From positions 5,603,866 to 5,667,865 of the forward strand of contig NEEC01000004.1 of the NCBI GenBank assembly GCA_002189035.1: a DNA stretch of 64,000 nucleotides, in the 5' to 3' direction. The notes under the pieces are model-generated. The model saw only the letters and a program-made list of their open reading frames with translations, searched no databases and was not told the origin of the DNA. The position numbers were made by a program, and so were the translations under genes. Below are positions 47,893 through 60,720 of this stretch, one piece after another (positions within the stretch are counted from its first letter, which is position 1; each line of letters starts with the position of its first letter). Source of the DNA: Utricularia gibba (taxonomy: Eukaryota > Plantae > Magnoliophyta).

Positions 47893-49122
47893 ATGAGTCC
47901 AAAAGGCTTGATTTATAGTTTTGTGGCGAAGGGCACTATCGTGCTGGCTGAGCACACGCCTTATTCTGGAAACTTCAGCACGATCGCTGTTCAGTGTCTA
48001 CAGAAGCTTCCATCTAACAGCAGCAAGTATACATACTCTTGCGATGGCCACACGTTCAATTTCCTCCTTGACAACGGATTTGGTCTGGGATCTTTTTCAC
48101 GCAATTCTTATCATTTTAAGTAGTGCAATCAAGTTAATCATGTAACATGTAACTGTCTCCTGCAGTCTTCCTTGTTGTTGCTGATGAGTCAATGGGAAGA
48201 AGCGTGCCATTTGTGTTTCTTGAGCGAGTGAAGGATGTTTTTAATAATTGTTATGGTGATAGTATTCATAGGGGTAGTCAACATCCCCTTGCTGATGGTG
48301 ATGATGAGGATGATGACTTATTTGAAGACAGGTTTAGCATTGCTTACAACCTTGATCGGGAGTTCGGGTCTGTATACTTTTTTCCTAAAACTATAATCTT
48401 TGTATATCTTGGATTGTTTTGAACGAATGTTTTTTTGTCTTTACAAGGCCAAAATTGAAAGAGCAGATGGACTATTGCATGGGTCATCCAGAAGAGATGA
48501 GCAAGTTGTCAAAGCTGAGGGCTCAAATAACAGAAGTTAAAGGAATAGTCTTAGACAACATTGAGAAGGTTCCCCATCCCTACCTTCCTCCCCACCATCC
48601 CACATCACTGCTTCAGCCTAAATGCTGCTTAATGCACGTTTATTTCTGTTTTTTTTTTTTTTTTGTGAACTGAGTTTGTATTCCAAAGTTTACATGTCGT
48701 AGTTTTACTTTGTTTTTACGAAGTGTACAGTAAATTATACTTTTGCTATGAGATGTTGTCAATGTCTAGCACATAAGTGATGAAATGTCATATGGGTGGA
48801 TGCTTTACCATTCTTGATTCATGTTCTTGATTAACTTAGGTTTTGGAGCGTGGTGAGAAAATCGAGCTGCTTGTTGACAAAACTGAAAACCTTCAGTTCC
48901 AGGTGAGATTTTATTTTTAGTTAGATGCTTTTGGACGTTTAGATGTCAGGTATGTTGATGATGGATGATGGAGTTCGACTTTAACTTGTACAGGCTGATA
49001 ACTTTCAGAGGCACGGAAGGCAACTCCGCCGCAAAATGTGGTTGCAAAATTTTCACATGAAACTGATGATCGGAGGAGCTATTCTCATCTTAATCTGCCT
49101 TTTTTGGTTTATGTTTCGTTGA
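47893..49122 (+). CDS. VAMP727: R-SNARE VAMP727
   Basis: [28 protein letters not shown], the VAMP727-specific acidic longin insertion [23 protein letters not shown] motif [16 protein letters not shown] and a C-terminal TM helix. Confidence 0.94.
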
Positions 49123-49995
49123 ATGTTTAAATATGTTCATCAATCACAGTGATTCATAGTCTTGTCCTGTGTACAAAAACCCAGTCAGCTATCATGGCCT
49201 TATGCGTGTTATGTATTCCGATGGATGCTGATTTCTGTGTTGTCATCAAGTGACTCCAAGGAAAAAAGCAGATTGCTGCCAAGTACGCGGTTATTTGTTT
49301 TCCTATTTCACCTTGCAATCCACCGAGCCACATCTGTTGCAGCGAGTTTCTTCGTTGCAGAATCGGAATGAGTCGTTTCCTTGGTATCACCCTTGTCGTA
49401 CGTACGTGGATGGATTTGTATATTTCTTGTAAAGTTGTATAATTTGTCTTCCAATATCGGTATAGTAAAGCAATGATCTGTATAGTAATGAAGCAATGAA
49501 GATCTAATCGCACTGACGCGCCTAAACCCTCACGGGCCCGCTTCTGCGCTTCTCTGACGTCAGAACGTGTACTGCTGCTGCGTTTAAAAACGCAATACAT
49601 CGGCAGTTTTTCCCCAAAATTCGCCCACCACGGATCTCTAGCTCGACGATATCCTGTCTTTGGTAATAAGATATCTAACCCCAATTCCATCCTTTGCCGC
49701 TATTCGTAGTGTCGCTGCTCCATTATTTGTGCGTTGTATTTATGGGTCATGGAATTTTGATGGGATGAGGTGATTCTTGCTTCACAATGAATTCGGAATT
49801 TCGGTTGCTTCACAAATTTTGAAGAGAATATCTAATTGTATATCAATAAATAGATGTAGTAGTGCGGTGTTGATAACCTGGACTGTTCTAAGCTCGTCGC
49901 TTCGGCGTATACGCTTACATGAGTACTTATTCTGTCGTTCGTTAATTTTCTTTTTCCACAGACTGATTTCTCGTCTGCTTGCCACGAGGATAGTA

Positions 49996-50828
49996 ATGGG
50001 TCTTGGCATATCCATGCTAATAGGGCTGAAGGGCGCTACTGCCCTAATCTGCTTCACATACCTCAGATGCCTTGGTTTTACTTGGTTATCTCTCCCATTT
50101 TTATACACTTCGCTGATATCCTTTTTGGTTGCGACTGCTTCCCATCCCTCCATAAATCTGCCTCTACTTGTAGGAAAGGGTACAGATGGGGTGTTCCCAG
50201 TCTGGTCGTTAATCATGTATAGTCCATACTTGTACTTTGTTCGAATATTTTCATCTTTGAGAAGGCTTCGAAGTGGGGAGGCTCCGTACACTGAGATTCT
50301 TCAAGGATTGTATGTGGGAGGATGGCCCTATTCTCCTCGTACGCTTCCTTCCGGTAACCCTGCGATCATTGATTGCACTTGTGAACTTCCAAGGAAGAAG
50401 GGCCTCCCAGTGAGTGCATATATGTGCATACCTACATGGGATACGCGGGCACCCCTGCCGGTGGACATTGAGACAGCTGTGAACTGGGCTTGTAGGAAGA
50501 GAGCTCAGAAAATCCCCGTATTCATCCATTGTGCATTTGGTGTGGATTTATGCTACATCAATACAATATAGTGCTGAAAAGACACCTCATGTCTTGTTTG
50601 CTTTGTGGTTCAGGACACGGAAGAAGTGTTGCTGTGATGTGTGCTCTGCTGGTTGGGCTTGGCTCTGCACAGGATTGGAAGAGTGCAGAAAAACTGATCA
50701 AAGAGAAAAGGCCTTGCATACGACTTAATTTTCTCCAGCGTCGAGCCCTGGAAGAATGGTCTCAACACAGGTTATCTGCAGATAAGAGAAAAAGAGAAAT
50801 TTCCGGTTTAAGTTCCGTGCTATCCTGA
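49996..50828 (+). CDS. Membrane-anchored dual-specificity phosphatase-like protein (YnbD-like, uncharacterised)
   Basis: Hydrophobic N-terminal helices, LYVGGWP, IIDCTCELP, IPTWDT and the CX5R motif HCAFGHGRS assembled across a GT-AG intron. Confidence 0.85.
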
Positions 50829-51595
50829 GCTAGAAAGTATGATACGCACATACGACCTCAACATCAGAGGATTCTCACTGACTTTCTGAACTATCATCGT
50901 TGAAGTGAAAATATGATCTGAAATCTCCAGTAGATTATAACTGATTAAACCAGGTGGCGGTAGAACTGAGACATGGAAAATTGATGATTATGTCTCATAT
51001 TTATGACACGGTATGGATTTTTGCTATTCTTCTTAGGGCCTGCTGCGTGCCTTGCCGTTCTGGGATGGTAATTCGATCTTGAAAAAGAAAACAACGTTTT
51101 GGTCTTACCAGGACTACCATCTCATTTTCTTTACCAGGAGTATAAGGCCGACTGATTACAAGCCAATAACACTGAACCTCAGTCTCTGTGGCACTCATGG
51201 AATTTTGATGCTTAATGAAACGGCTTTGCCAAATGAAAAAAACAGAAGCAATTTACCAGCTCGCTTATTTCGCCACTTACGATGACCCTGGTTCCTTTTC
51301 CCCATTACCATTGGCTGAGAACGGAACACTTAGGCAAGGTACTCTATTGAGGATGACATAGTATATTCTCTTCCAGTGTGCTAGATTTGAAGTGCAAGAC
51401 ACCCCTGCCTTAGAGAAGAGGTCTGTATTGAAAGTTCTCGTGGAAGAAAAGGCGAGATAGATATGCAAAACAAAGAAATTGCGACATCAGGAGTTGCTGC
51501 ATTCAGTTCCATTCCATTCATCTAATAATTTCAATCAAAAACCAAAAGCATACATAGCTATGACGGTGAACAAAAGCATCTACGACTCAAGGTGG

Positions 51596-52339
51596 CTAGA
51601 AAACCACAAGCAGTGAAAAAAGCATGTAAATCAAAAGGCAGGGGTAAGTGATGAGCCCCGAATGCTCATCCCCGCACTGCGTCAGCTCCACCACCAGCCC
51701 AGCACATTTTCGAGTAGACCAAATCACAAACACCCCAGTCAACAACATGATAGCAATTCCACCCTGAGGTGCGAAGAGAGAAAGCGCCGACAGCATGACA
51801 ATGGGCAGCATGCAATAACCAATCACGCTCAAACACTTGTACAGATCCAAATTCCCATTTCTACCAGCAAGCATATTGAAAACGACATACAGAAAGCCGG
51901 AAGCCATGGTCACCCATCCGAGTATAATCCCGAAATGAAATTTCCCGGCGAGTAGCTGAAATAACCCAAACGCCATCAGGAATAGAAAGGGCCCGGACAG
52001 ATCCGCGTCTTCGTGAAGTTGAGAACTATTTCTGAATGGATTGAGAATAGATAGGGTTTTCTGCCAGATTTGCTTGGTGTTGATACCAAGCTCCTCAAGT
52101 AACGGCGGTTCGTCCTCAAAACCGGTGCTGCCGCCGCCGATGCTAGGAGCAATTGGCGGTGGCCCGGAGAAGGAAGTGGAAGGGACCGCGGAGCCGACGT
52201 CGAAGGAGATGAAAGGGATACCAGGATTGAGATTGGGATTGGAGGGTCTATTGTTCTGGAAAGGAGCAGTGGGAAGACGACGCTGCTGTGGGGCAGCGGC
52301 TGTGGCGGTGGGAAAGACAACCGGAGGTACGTTGGCCAT
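51596..52339 (-). CDS. Yip1-family Golgi membrane protein (YIPF5-like), intronless
   Basis: FEDEPPLLEELGIN, DADLSGP, GKFHFG and SVIGYCMLP, followed by several TM helices. Confidence 0.9.
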   Translation of the reverse strand: MANVPPVVFPTATAAAPQQRRLPTAPFQNNRPSNPNLNPGIPFISFDVGSAVPSTSFSGPPPIAPSIGGGSTGFEDEPPLLEELGINTKQIWQKTLSILNPFRNSSQLHEDADLSGPFLFLMAFGLFQLLAGKFHFGIILGWVTMASGFLYVVFNMLAGRNGNLDLYKCLSVIGYCMLPIVMLSALSLFAPQGGIAIMLLTGVFVIWSTRKCAGLVVELTQCGDEHSGLITYPCLLIYMLFSLLVVF

Positions 52340-53326
52340 GGTTTGGGCGTCAGATCTCCGTGACCTGACCGGTGCGATGGGGGGAAGTAAAATGAAAAAA
52401 CAGGAACAACCAATCAATCTTGAGTGCCACGCCAAGATGTCTGTCCTGGCCTTGGGCATTTAATCATACGTATGGGCCTGTTGTTTGATATTTGAGTGGG
52501 AGGTTGTTCCTTTGGGCTTATGTTTTACTCATGGGCTTTCCAATAAATAATAATGATTCCAATGTTCAAAGTAGAATCAGAAGAAGAAGAAGAATATTAC
52601 TTTTTTAAGAAAAAAAACTCATGGCATTCATTCATTTTTTTTTTGACAAGAGATGACTCTCTAAAGCCATGTTGTACTTATTTTGAGCCCCCACTTTGCA
52701 CTCATGCATTTCCAAGTTCACAAAATATTGGATTGGGGTTTTTTTTTATCTAAATTAGAACAAAGTAAAATATCATGAATTATGTAAAATCAGTAAAAAT
52801 GAATGAAAAATCAAACATCCAGTAGATAAAAATAATTATAAAAAAGCATAATTTAAACTAACAAAAAATGACTAATCATTTGGTGTGTTGGGTCATGGTG
52901 GAAAAGTTGTTATCTATGTAGGTGGATTAAAATTATAGAAGATCATACATATCTTGGATAAACTCTTCAATCAAACATATTCTCATAACTTAGAGAAGAT
53001 TCAACTTGGACTTTTTTACTTTTTGATGTATTGTTTCGCAAAACTAGTAGCACAATGATATCATTTATCATGTATCTTCTATTCATGAAATAACTTATGT
53101 TGCCTGTTGGTTAAACGCATGAGAAATGCACAGAATATATATTTTATAAAGTAAAACACCAACAAAACGGATAATTGGATTAAAAACACACAAAAGCTGT
53201 CTGTAATTATCATCATCTAGGTTTCTGCTGTATCGTATCGTATCTATACACACTTGGTTTTGGAAAGGCTACAATCGGTGTGAGGAACTGCACAACAACC
53301 AGAAAGAATATTCATTTCTTCAATGG

Positions 53327-56300
53327 CTAAACATCCCAGCCATCCTTCCGCCGCCCAAATTCAGACCTCTGATGTCTTAGAGGGCCGTATATTTCCGAAA
53401 ATTTGGAGAGACACTTGGTTCGCACTTCATACTCAGCCTGCATGTTCTTACTGATAGCAACACCGGAGAGTTTGGATGTCTCCAACAACCAACCTGGCTT
53501 CACATATTCAACCACACTAGAGGAGGTTGTTGTTGCGTTGGCATACACGAAATTCATCAGCATGTCTTCACAGTTGAATGTTTTGTCGACCCACGCTCGA
53601 CCTTTGTCAGCTGCGCGGCTCCAGTATCTCGCAAACGCTGCCCTTGCGTCCAGGAATGCTGCCCCTGTCAAGATCATGTTATACCCTCCCTGCCGTCGGG
53701 CGTAATTCTCATCGCTGTACTTGATCTTCTTTCTTGAGACAAGCCTCGGAAAAAATCCCACGATCTTGTTCGGGTTCTGGCGCCAAACCAGGAAGCCTCT
53801 TTCGATGTCGTTGCAAGACATGATGATACCGTCATCTAGCTGGAGCACAGCCCGTGTTTTTATCAGGTGATCCACTTTGAAACGGTTGTTGAGCGAGTTG
53901 TGTTTCTCGACTCTGATTCTCACTGGCACCGCTGAATCGAAATCGCCTGGATGTGGAGGTACCCCTTGTTCCACACAACAACAATTTCACGGACTGAGGA
54001 GCATCTTGAGTAATGCTTCACGTACATTTTCAAGTTCCATCGGCGGGCATCATACGACATAGCCATTAGAGTGAACTGCGAGAAGTGACCATTCAAGGGG
54101 TAAGCCTCTTGTGCACCATTTCCTCCATATAAATAGCACACGCCTGCATATGTTAGTGCTGCAGCAATTAAAAAGGTTGATAGGAGGACAGTAACTCCAA
54201 TGGAGGAGTTAGGTCTTATCCTGGCACGCAGATTTGTGGTTGCTCGACACATATGACTCCAAAACGGTCGAGCTTCGCAAGATAACAAATTGCTGCTGCT
54301 TCTATCATGAGCTAGGAATGCTTCGCTTTTCTTCCCCGAGCTGAAACGGTGGCACGAGCTCAACGGTACTGTACAATGTACAACTCCAAGAAGAACTCCA
54401 AGGAATATAACAAGTGCCGCAACAGCAGTTACTGAAAGAGACCCAATAACAAATCTTCGCATTGTGTCCCCCGATGGTACTCGATCCCCATCAACAACAG
54501 CAATCCATTTGCCAGAACTCAATTGTTGCACGTCTATGTGATGGTTACGGACCCCATTCCAAGCACTGCGTCCCTTCATCGACTCTGCTACTATTCCCGA
54601 TGGGACCTCGACTTCCACGAACTCGTCAATTGTCAAAACTTCCACTTTAAAAATGCGGATTTTGTGGCCATAAGTTTGTCCACAGTCCTGACCGATGCGA
54701 TACAGGCTTCCATTGTACATAAATGGCCTACCTCCATTTCTAGCTCCCATGCTCTTGTCCATGTTGTTTACAGGGTTCTTCTTGTGAGGTCTCCAAGGCC
54801 CAAAAGGTGAGCTGCTGTGCCAAATCTCAAGCTCGCCATTTTTTTGAGAACCAGCACGGCTATGATCAGAACCAAAAAGCCAGAATTTCCCATTGTGTGG
54901 TACTACAAAGGAATCGACCATAGGCTTCTTCATGACGATCTTCTCCAATTTCCACTTTAAGGGGAATTCAATGGCACGATAAAGACGAAGATCCCCTTTT
55001 CCACTTCCCTCAGGCATCATATATATCTAAGAAGATGCACCAGAATGAGTTAGTTATAGTAAACCCATAAAATAGTAAGTTTGGTGTTTTACATTTTCAT
55101 TGTACTCAAAAACGTATGGATAAGAAAGATGCCATTCTTCATCAAGCGCAATGCCTAAAGGTAGCCATGTAACTCCTTTGTCCATGCTTTTTGCAACTCC
55201 TATATCTCCTTGCATCGTGATTGAGTTTTTTGTTTCGTAGAACAGGTAAATTGTATCCCCCTGAATCACATACGCATTGATATCTGGTCAAGAGCCATGC
55301 CAATGAAACCAAGTGAACAACCACACCAGACCATAATAGCTAAATAATGACTATTCCTTTTTCTGACGTGTCCATCCCACTATTCAATCAATGAAGGTGT
55401 AGCTAACGAAATAGTGTGTTGTAGAAGCTCATATCTCCTGTGCAATGTGCACATATTCTTTTTTTTTTCAGTAAAGGTGTTTCCGATATATTCCTACACA
55501 GGTGACGCTTATAAGGTTCCTTGAACCATGTGATTTGGATTTAGGAATAAATACTACATAGCTGCTGTTTTTATATAAATCTCGATGAAGAAACCAGCAA
55601 AGTAGTGCAATATGCTGGGGCATCGAAGATGGATGCATTTTTCTTAGTGGCAAACAAAAAGAACGATTCTATTCGGCCACAAGTTGTTACTCTTTTTTTT
55701 TTTTGTTTGTTGTTTTCTTACTATCAAAAAAACAGGAGAGACATTGAAATACCTGAACATAAAGAAATGGGTCGGCAACGAAGTTACTGGGGTGGCCAGC
55801 GTCAGAAACAGAGGCGCAAGTGATGACGGGATTGGCGACCGGCCACGATGCTGCTTCCTCCTTCCAAAGGTTCATCTGCCCGGAAAAAAAATACAAGATT
55901 TTCCGATCACTCAGGGATTTTGGTTTCAGTAAATTAAAAAATAAAAACTTGGGGTCAAGTCAAAGCATCGCAACTCTATGGAAGTGATTTAGCATGTATG
56001 GCAAGTCATTGTGATAATTGAATGAGTGAATGAATGAAATTAACAACTCGCGGAAACGAATGCAAATCAAATTGCAATACAACGTCCAGAAGAGTTGAAA
56101 AGAAAGCTAGCAATTAAGAAACGCATACGGGTGACCGAGAAGGTAGTGAAAAAAAGGTCAACAGAAATTAAGGCGGCAGCCGGTGTCTCGACCCATCCTG
56201 ACCAAAACCAACTCCTGGATCAAGGAACATCTTCCATCGCCAAGACCGAAACCAAAATACATGACCGAATGAATCAACCAGTAAATCAGCAGCTTGGGTT

Positions 56301-56752
56301 AAGAATCAAACGATGGATGCATAAACTGCTGGGCTGAGGCAAACATATATCTATCTAGGCTAGGCTAGACAACATCATCAAGAAAATAAAAACAAAGAGG
56401 AGTTTACACTTACATCTTCTATAGGTTTCAGAGAGAAGGGTGAGTCCCCGAAGAAAACTCCGATAGCCCACGAGCCTTCGTTGTCCTCTCGGCACCCAAC
56501 GGGCGTCAGCATCCCAACTGAGGGAGTGATTACAAACTTCACCAACAACCAACCACCAAGACCAAGAAAGACAAAAACAATTATCAAGTAGGAAATTGTT
56601 GGCGACAACACCCATGAAGTAGTAGTTTTCTGATTCCCAGTTGTGGCAGTAGTGGTATTCTTGCCGACAGTAACACTGCTCTTCCCACCGCTGTTGTTGC
56701 TATGCCGCCGCAAACCATCGGTGCTGCCAACGACTGCTAGGCTCAAAACCAT
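53327..56752 (-). CDS. GINT1: Glucosamine inositolphosphorylceramide transferase GINT1 (GT64), frameshifted at about 53962-53965; possibly a pseudogene
   Basis: GCREDNEGSWAIGV, SNFVADPFL, WHLSYPYVF, ARNGGR, TM segments, then GT64 motifs FTLMAMSYDAR, NSLNNRF, YNMILTGAAF, NCEDM and GRRKDGWDV*. The GT64 domain is split across two frames. Confidence 0.9.
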
Positions 56753-57519
56753 TCTTCAAAGAACAGGCGATGGGTCTGCCTTGAAACTAAAATTATATGA
56801 AGACAAGGAAAATTTCTGGATTTAGGAAGACACCATCCGTTATGTTTTTCGGGAAGCTCTTCGAACTAACCATCTCTATGGTGGGGGTGCTCTGCCCGGC
56901 CTCAACGTTGTTCCCATCTTTATCTGCATACAAGCAAATAATAAAATGAAGCAAAGTCAAAGCCTATGGCAGTCAGTTAATAGATGATCCGCTAGCCTAG
57001 CTTTGCTCGGTTTGAATTTGTTATGTGGCTCAACATTTATTTTTATCCACCCGCAACTCGGTCTCAGTTCAGATAAGTGCTTATAATCTCGTTATACAAT
57101 GGTAAAAACAAGTTTTATATGGTATGCAGGCAGCCAAAAGCTTTTCATTGGCCAAGGTAACAAGTTGTACAGAAGCGTGTGAAAATACAAGTCCAGTCGG
57201 TTCCATTCCATGTGAACACAAGTTCACTCGCCCGCCAGGTACAACTAGTGAACGGATAGCGCCTTGATGGTCTGAATTCACAATCTTCAACCAACTCATC
57301 TTCTATTTCTGTAATCAGGTTGGTCAACTACGTGATGGAATCAACCAATCCACGGAGAAAAACAATATGAATGTATTCCAAACTGCTTCTTCCAATAGCA
57401 GTTCAGCAAAGTGAAGGTGCCAACTGGGGATCACAACTTGTGTCTGTCTTTCTTCCAGTTCACATCACAAAAAGCATTGTCGCACCCACTCGAACAACTG
57501 CTCCATGAATCTTTCTTTC

Positions 57520-58100
57520 AATTTTAATTTTTATAGTTGTTCTCCAATCATTTTTGTCCCATACTGAGAAACTAATAATTTTTCAGAATGAAAAAATATT
57601 TCAAAATAAATTTTGTGCAGATATGCGGTACGTTTATGATGGTAAAAGATATTAAAAATTTAAATAATGAAATTGTGTCATTAAATAATGTGCTTTTTTA
57701 ATTAGATATGTATTTTATTATTCTATTATAATTACTATCTTTATGTTAATTTAAGTTCTTAATTGGCTTATTCTATATTTTTATTTATATGTACAAAATG
57801 AATAAAAATTTCATTTATAAACTATTACAAATTCATTTTGAAACATATTATATTTTCATTTTATAATTTTTTTAAGATTACAGAAAACTACGTATTTTAT
57901 TTCTTATTTTCTGAAAATTCATTTTGAGAATATATTCCAAACATAAGTCTAAGTTGCTATCTTCATACCCTTGTATTTCATATTTAAAGTATGTTCATTA
58001 CTAATTTTTTATTATGCCCCTTGGTTGATTAAAAAAAAATTATGCTCAAAATACTTACTCCAAGGTATGAGGCTTGAAAAAAAATTGAAACATTAGAAAC
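57520..58100. other. Extremely AT-rich intergenic island
   Basis: For example 9 G+C in the 60 nt at 57661-57720. No convincing TIR or TSD pair found. Confidence 0.6.
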
Positions 58101-58120
58101 AGGTTATTAAGTTGATTATT

Positions 58121-58139
58121 TGGGCCTGGCCCTTGGGCC
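58121..58139. promoter_or_regulatory. Two site II elements (TGGGCC) upstream of PHF1
   Basis: TGGGCC at 58121 and 58134, about 220-240 nt upstream of the ATG. Confidence 0.45.
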
Positions 58140-58361
58140 ATTGCTATGAACTCGCCTCCTGACTCAAGCAAAGCAAAGCGGGGCAGCATCAGCATATCCG
58201 CTATGTCGTACCCCCTTCGAAGTCAAACATTGAACCTTCGCTCTGTAAACGCTGACTGCGCACAACCATTAGAATTGCCAATCTCGGTTTTCGCTCTGGT
58301 TTGACAATCACATCCCGAACTTCAATCGGTGAGACGCTTGGCTTGCTGCTGGTCCACCGAG

Positions 58362-60720
58362 ATGGATACCTGCGACGCTCCCGGAGTTGGGGAGGTGACC
58401 CGTGCTGCCTGGATTCGTCGCCCTGACAATGGCCACTTGGTGGTTGTCGGGAAATCTAGCCCTTCCTCCCTCGAAATCTTCTCCTTTGATCCTAAGAGGA
58501 CTTCGACCTCTGCGTCTCCCAAGGTGCTTTTGTCATACCAATTTTTCTCCAGGCCGTTGGAGCGATATTTTGTTGCCTCCCAATCTTTCGTGTTAATGAT
58601 TTTAGTATTTCTGGAATTTCTTTTATGATGTCAAGAGAGTCTGATCCGTGGGTGGTCGGTTATCGTGGTTATGCACTTGTCTTGCAGGCCAAGTACGAGT
58701 TTGAAGAGGGTGTCAATCCCTTGAACATCGGAGTTCACCCAGGAGGGGACGAGCTAGTCTGTTCCACTACTTGCGGTGATTGCAAGTCAGTAAAAGCCCT
58801 CCCTTTTCTTTTTTTCTTTTTCCTTTTTTTTTTTCGTGGATGGGGTTCGATGTAGTCATCGAATATCTAATCTTCGATGGAAATAGATGGTCACTGAAGT
58901 TAAACGTAATCGGTGTTGAACACCAGGTTTCGAATGACTGCTGTGTAGGAGTTCATTTTGGGTTTTTGCTCTATGTTGTACTGAATACAATTTCACACGC
59001 TTGTAGGTTGTTCGAGCTGCTATTTGAGGAAGACAAAATTAAACTCACTGCAAAAGAGCTTCTTCCGCTTCAAAATATTGGTGTGCAGAAGTGCATATCG
59101 TTTAGCTTTGATGGAACAAGATTTGCTACTGGTGGAGTTGTAAGCCTAACTTTAGATATCGTTGCCATGTGTTAGTCATTTAGCTTATCATGGTTCCTGA
59201 TAATTGTTTTGATTCACCTACCCTTTTTTGAAGGATGGATGCCTGAGGCTATTTGAGTGGCCTGGGGCTCGCATCATCTTAGATGAACCAAGAGCTCACA
59301 ATTCTTTTCTGGATATGGATTTCAGGTAGGGCTTTGATGATGTTGTTTCTATATTTTCGTTTCAGCATACCAGTTGGTGTTCCATTTTCACGTTCACTGC
59401 AATGCATTTGATGTCTTTATTCTTAAAGGAAATGGGAAGGCCACCTCTTGTTTCTAGTTCATTGCTCTGTCCCCTTTAAGGTTGTATAGGGTCATGATTC
59501 CTGGTATTTCTCCATTGCAGCTTAGACTCGGAGTTTTTAGCTACAACATCTACAGATGGATTGGCTCGAATTTGGAATACGCGTGATGGTTCCCCTCCGA
59601 TGAACTTGGAACGTAGCCCTGTATGTTTGGTTGTCCTTGAATGAGGTTCCATATTCTATTGGTGTGCCTAGCTTCTGACTGCACGTTTCTACTTTTTCTC
59701 ATATTACAGGATGAGAAGATTAAGCTTTGTAGATTTTCTAAGGATGGCACGAAGCCTTTTTTATTTTGTTCTATTCAAAGAGGTATTTATTCTTAGAAAA
59801 GGTTGCAGCCTTTTATTTTTCATTTATTTCTCGTCTCAGACTCTTCATTATAATAAATCTGTGTGTATGTATACATTTACTTTTCGTAAACTGCAGGAAA
59901 TAAACCTCAGACAGCTGTTTGGGATATAAGCACTTGGAAGAAAATTGGGTTCAAGCGACTGCTCAGGAAACCTGCTGCTGTAATGTCTGTTAGCTCGGAT
60001 GGAAAATATCTTGCTTTGTATGTGCTCAATTGTGTCTCTATTACTTGGGATTTCACTGACCGTTTGACGGACTTTGTTTTTTAAACTGGCATCCTTTACC
60101 AAACTCTGAGTAGTTCTTGTGTGGGTCTTCTACCCAGGGGTAGCCAGGATGGGGATATGTGTGTCGTGGAAGTAAGAAGGATGGAGATTCTCCACTGGAG
60201 CAAAAGGCTGCATTTGGGTTCGGATATTGCATCTTTGGAGTTTTGCCCCAGTGAGAGGTACAGAAAGAGTAAAAGTTCCTACAAAAACATTTTTTCGGGC
60301 CGGGCGCTTGGCAACGACCAAGGCCTTTTCATGAAACTTTTATGATAAGCTTTTGAAGTCAGATGAAAATTAAAAAGCGTAGGCGCGCAACTGCAAAGTT
60401 CTCTTGTTTTGTCAGTTTCCTTCTCAGTTTCCTTCTATCACATGACAGGGTGATACTTAGCACTTCAAAAGAATGGGGAGTAATGCTTACGAAACTTGCC
60501 GTTCCTGCTGACTGGAAAGGTATCTTCATTCTCTCGCTGGTTTTTTGTTTCGTGGGGATAAACAGGGTTTTAATGGTTGTTCTTTTGGCGTGCCAACGTA
60601 CTTGCAGAGTGGCAAATATATTTACTGCTCTTAGGGATGTTCTTGGCGTCTCTGATTGTGTTTTACATTTTCTTTGAGAACTCGGAGTCGTTTTGGGGCC
60701 TCCCCATTGCTAAGGGCTGA
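58362..60720 (+). CDS. PHF1: SEC12-like PHOSPHATE TRANSPORTER TRAFFIC FACILITATOR 1
   Basis: AAWIRRP, VHPGGD, KELLPLQN, SLDSEFLATTSTDG, CRFSKDGTKPFLFC, SKRLHLGSDIASLEFCPSER and TM EWQIYLLLLGMF...FFENSESFW. Exons are in phase. Confidence 0.93.

Noticed and set aside
51000-51530. Short protein-like phrases (FDLEKENNVLVLPGLP; YSIEDDIVYSLPVC, faintly like malate dehydrogenase)
   Set aside because: Too short, in different frames and surrounded by stops, so not distinguishable from chance without a search.
52340-52459. 40-codon in-frame extension upstream of the YIP1 ATG
   Set aside because: The upstream ATG lies next to site II promoter motifs and is probably upstream of the TSS. Homology starts at MANVPPVVF.
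52760-53200. AT-rich spacer between YIP1 and GINT1 as a possible MITE
   Set aside because: No terminal inverted repeats or target-site duplication found.
57520-57960. CCAAACATAAG resembling a Tourist/Harbinger right TIR
   Set aside because: No matching left TIR detected. Kept only as an AT-rich island.
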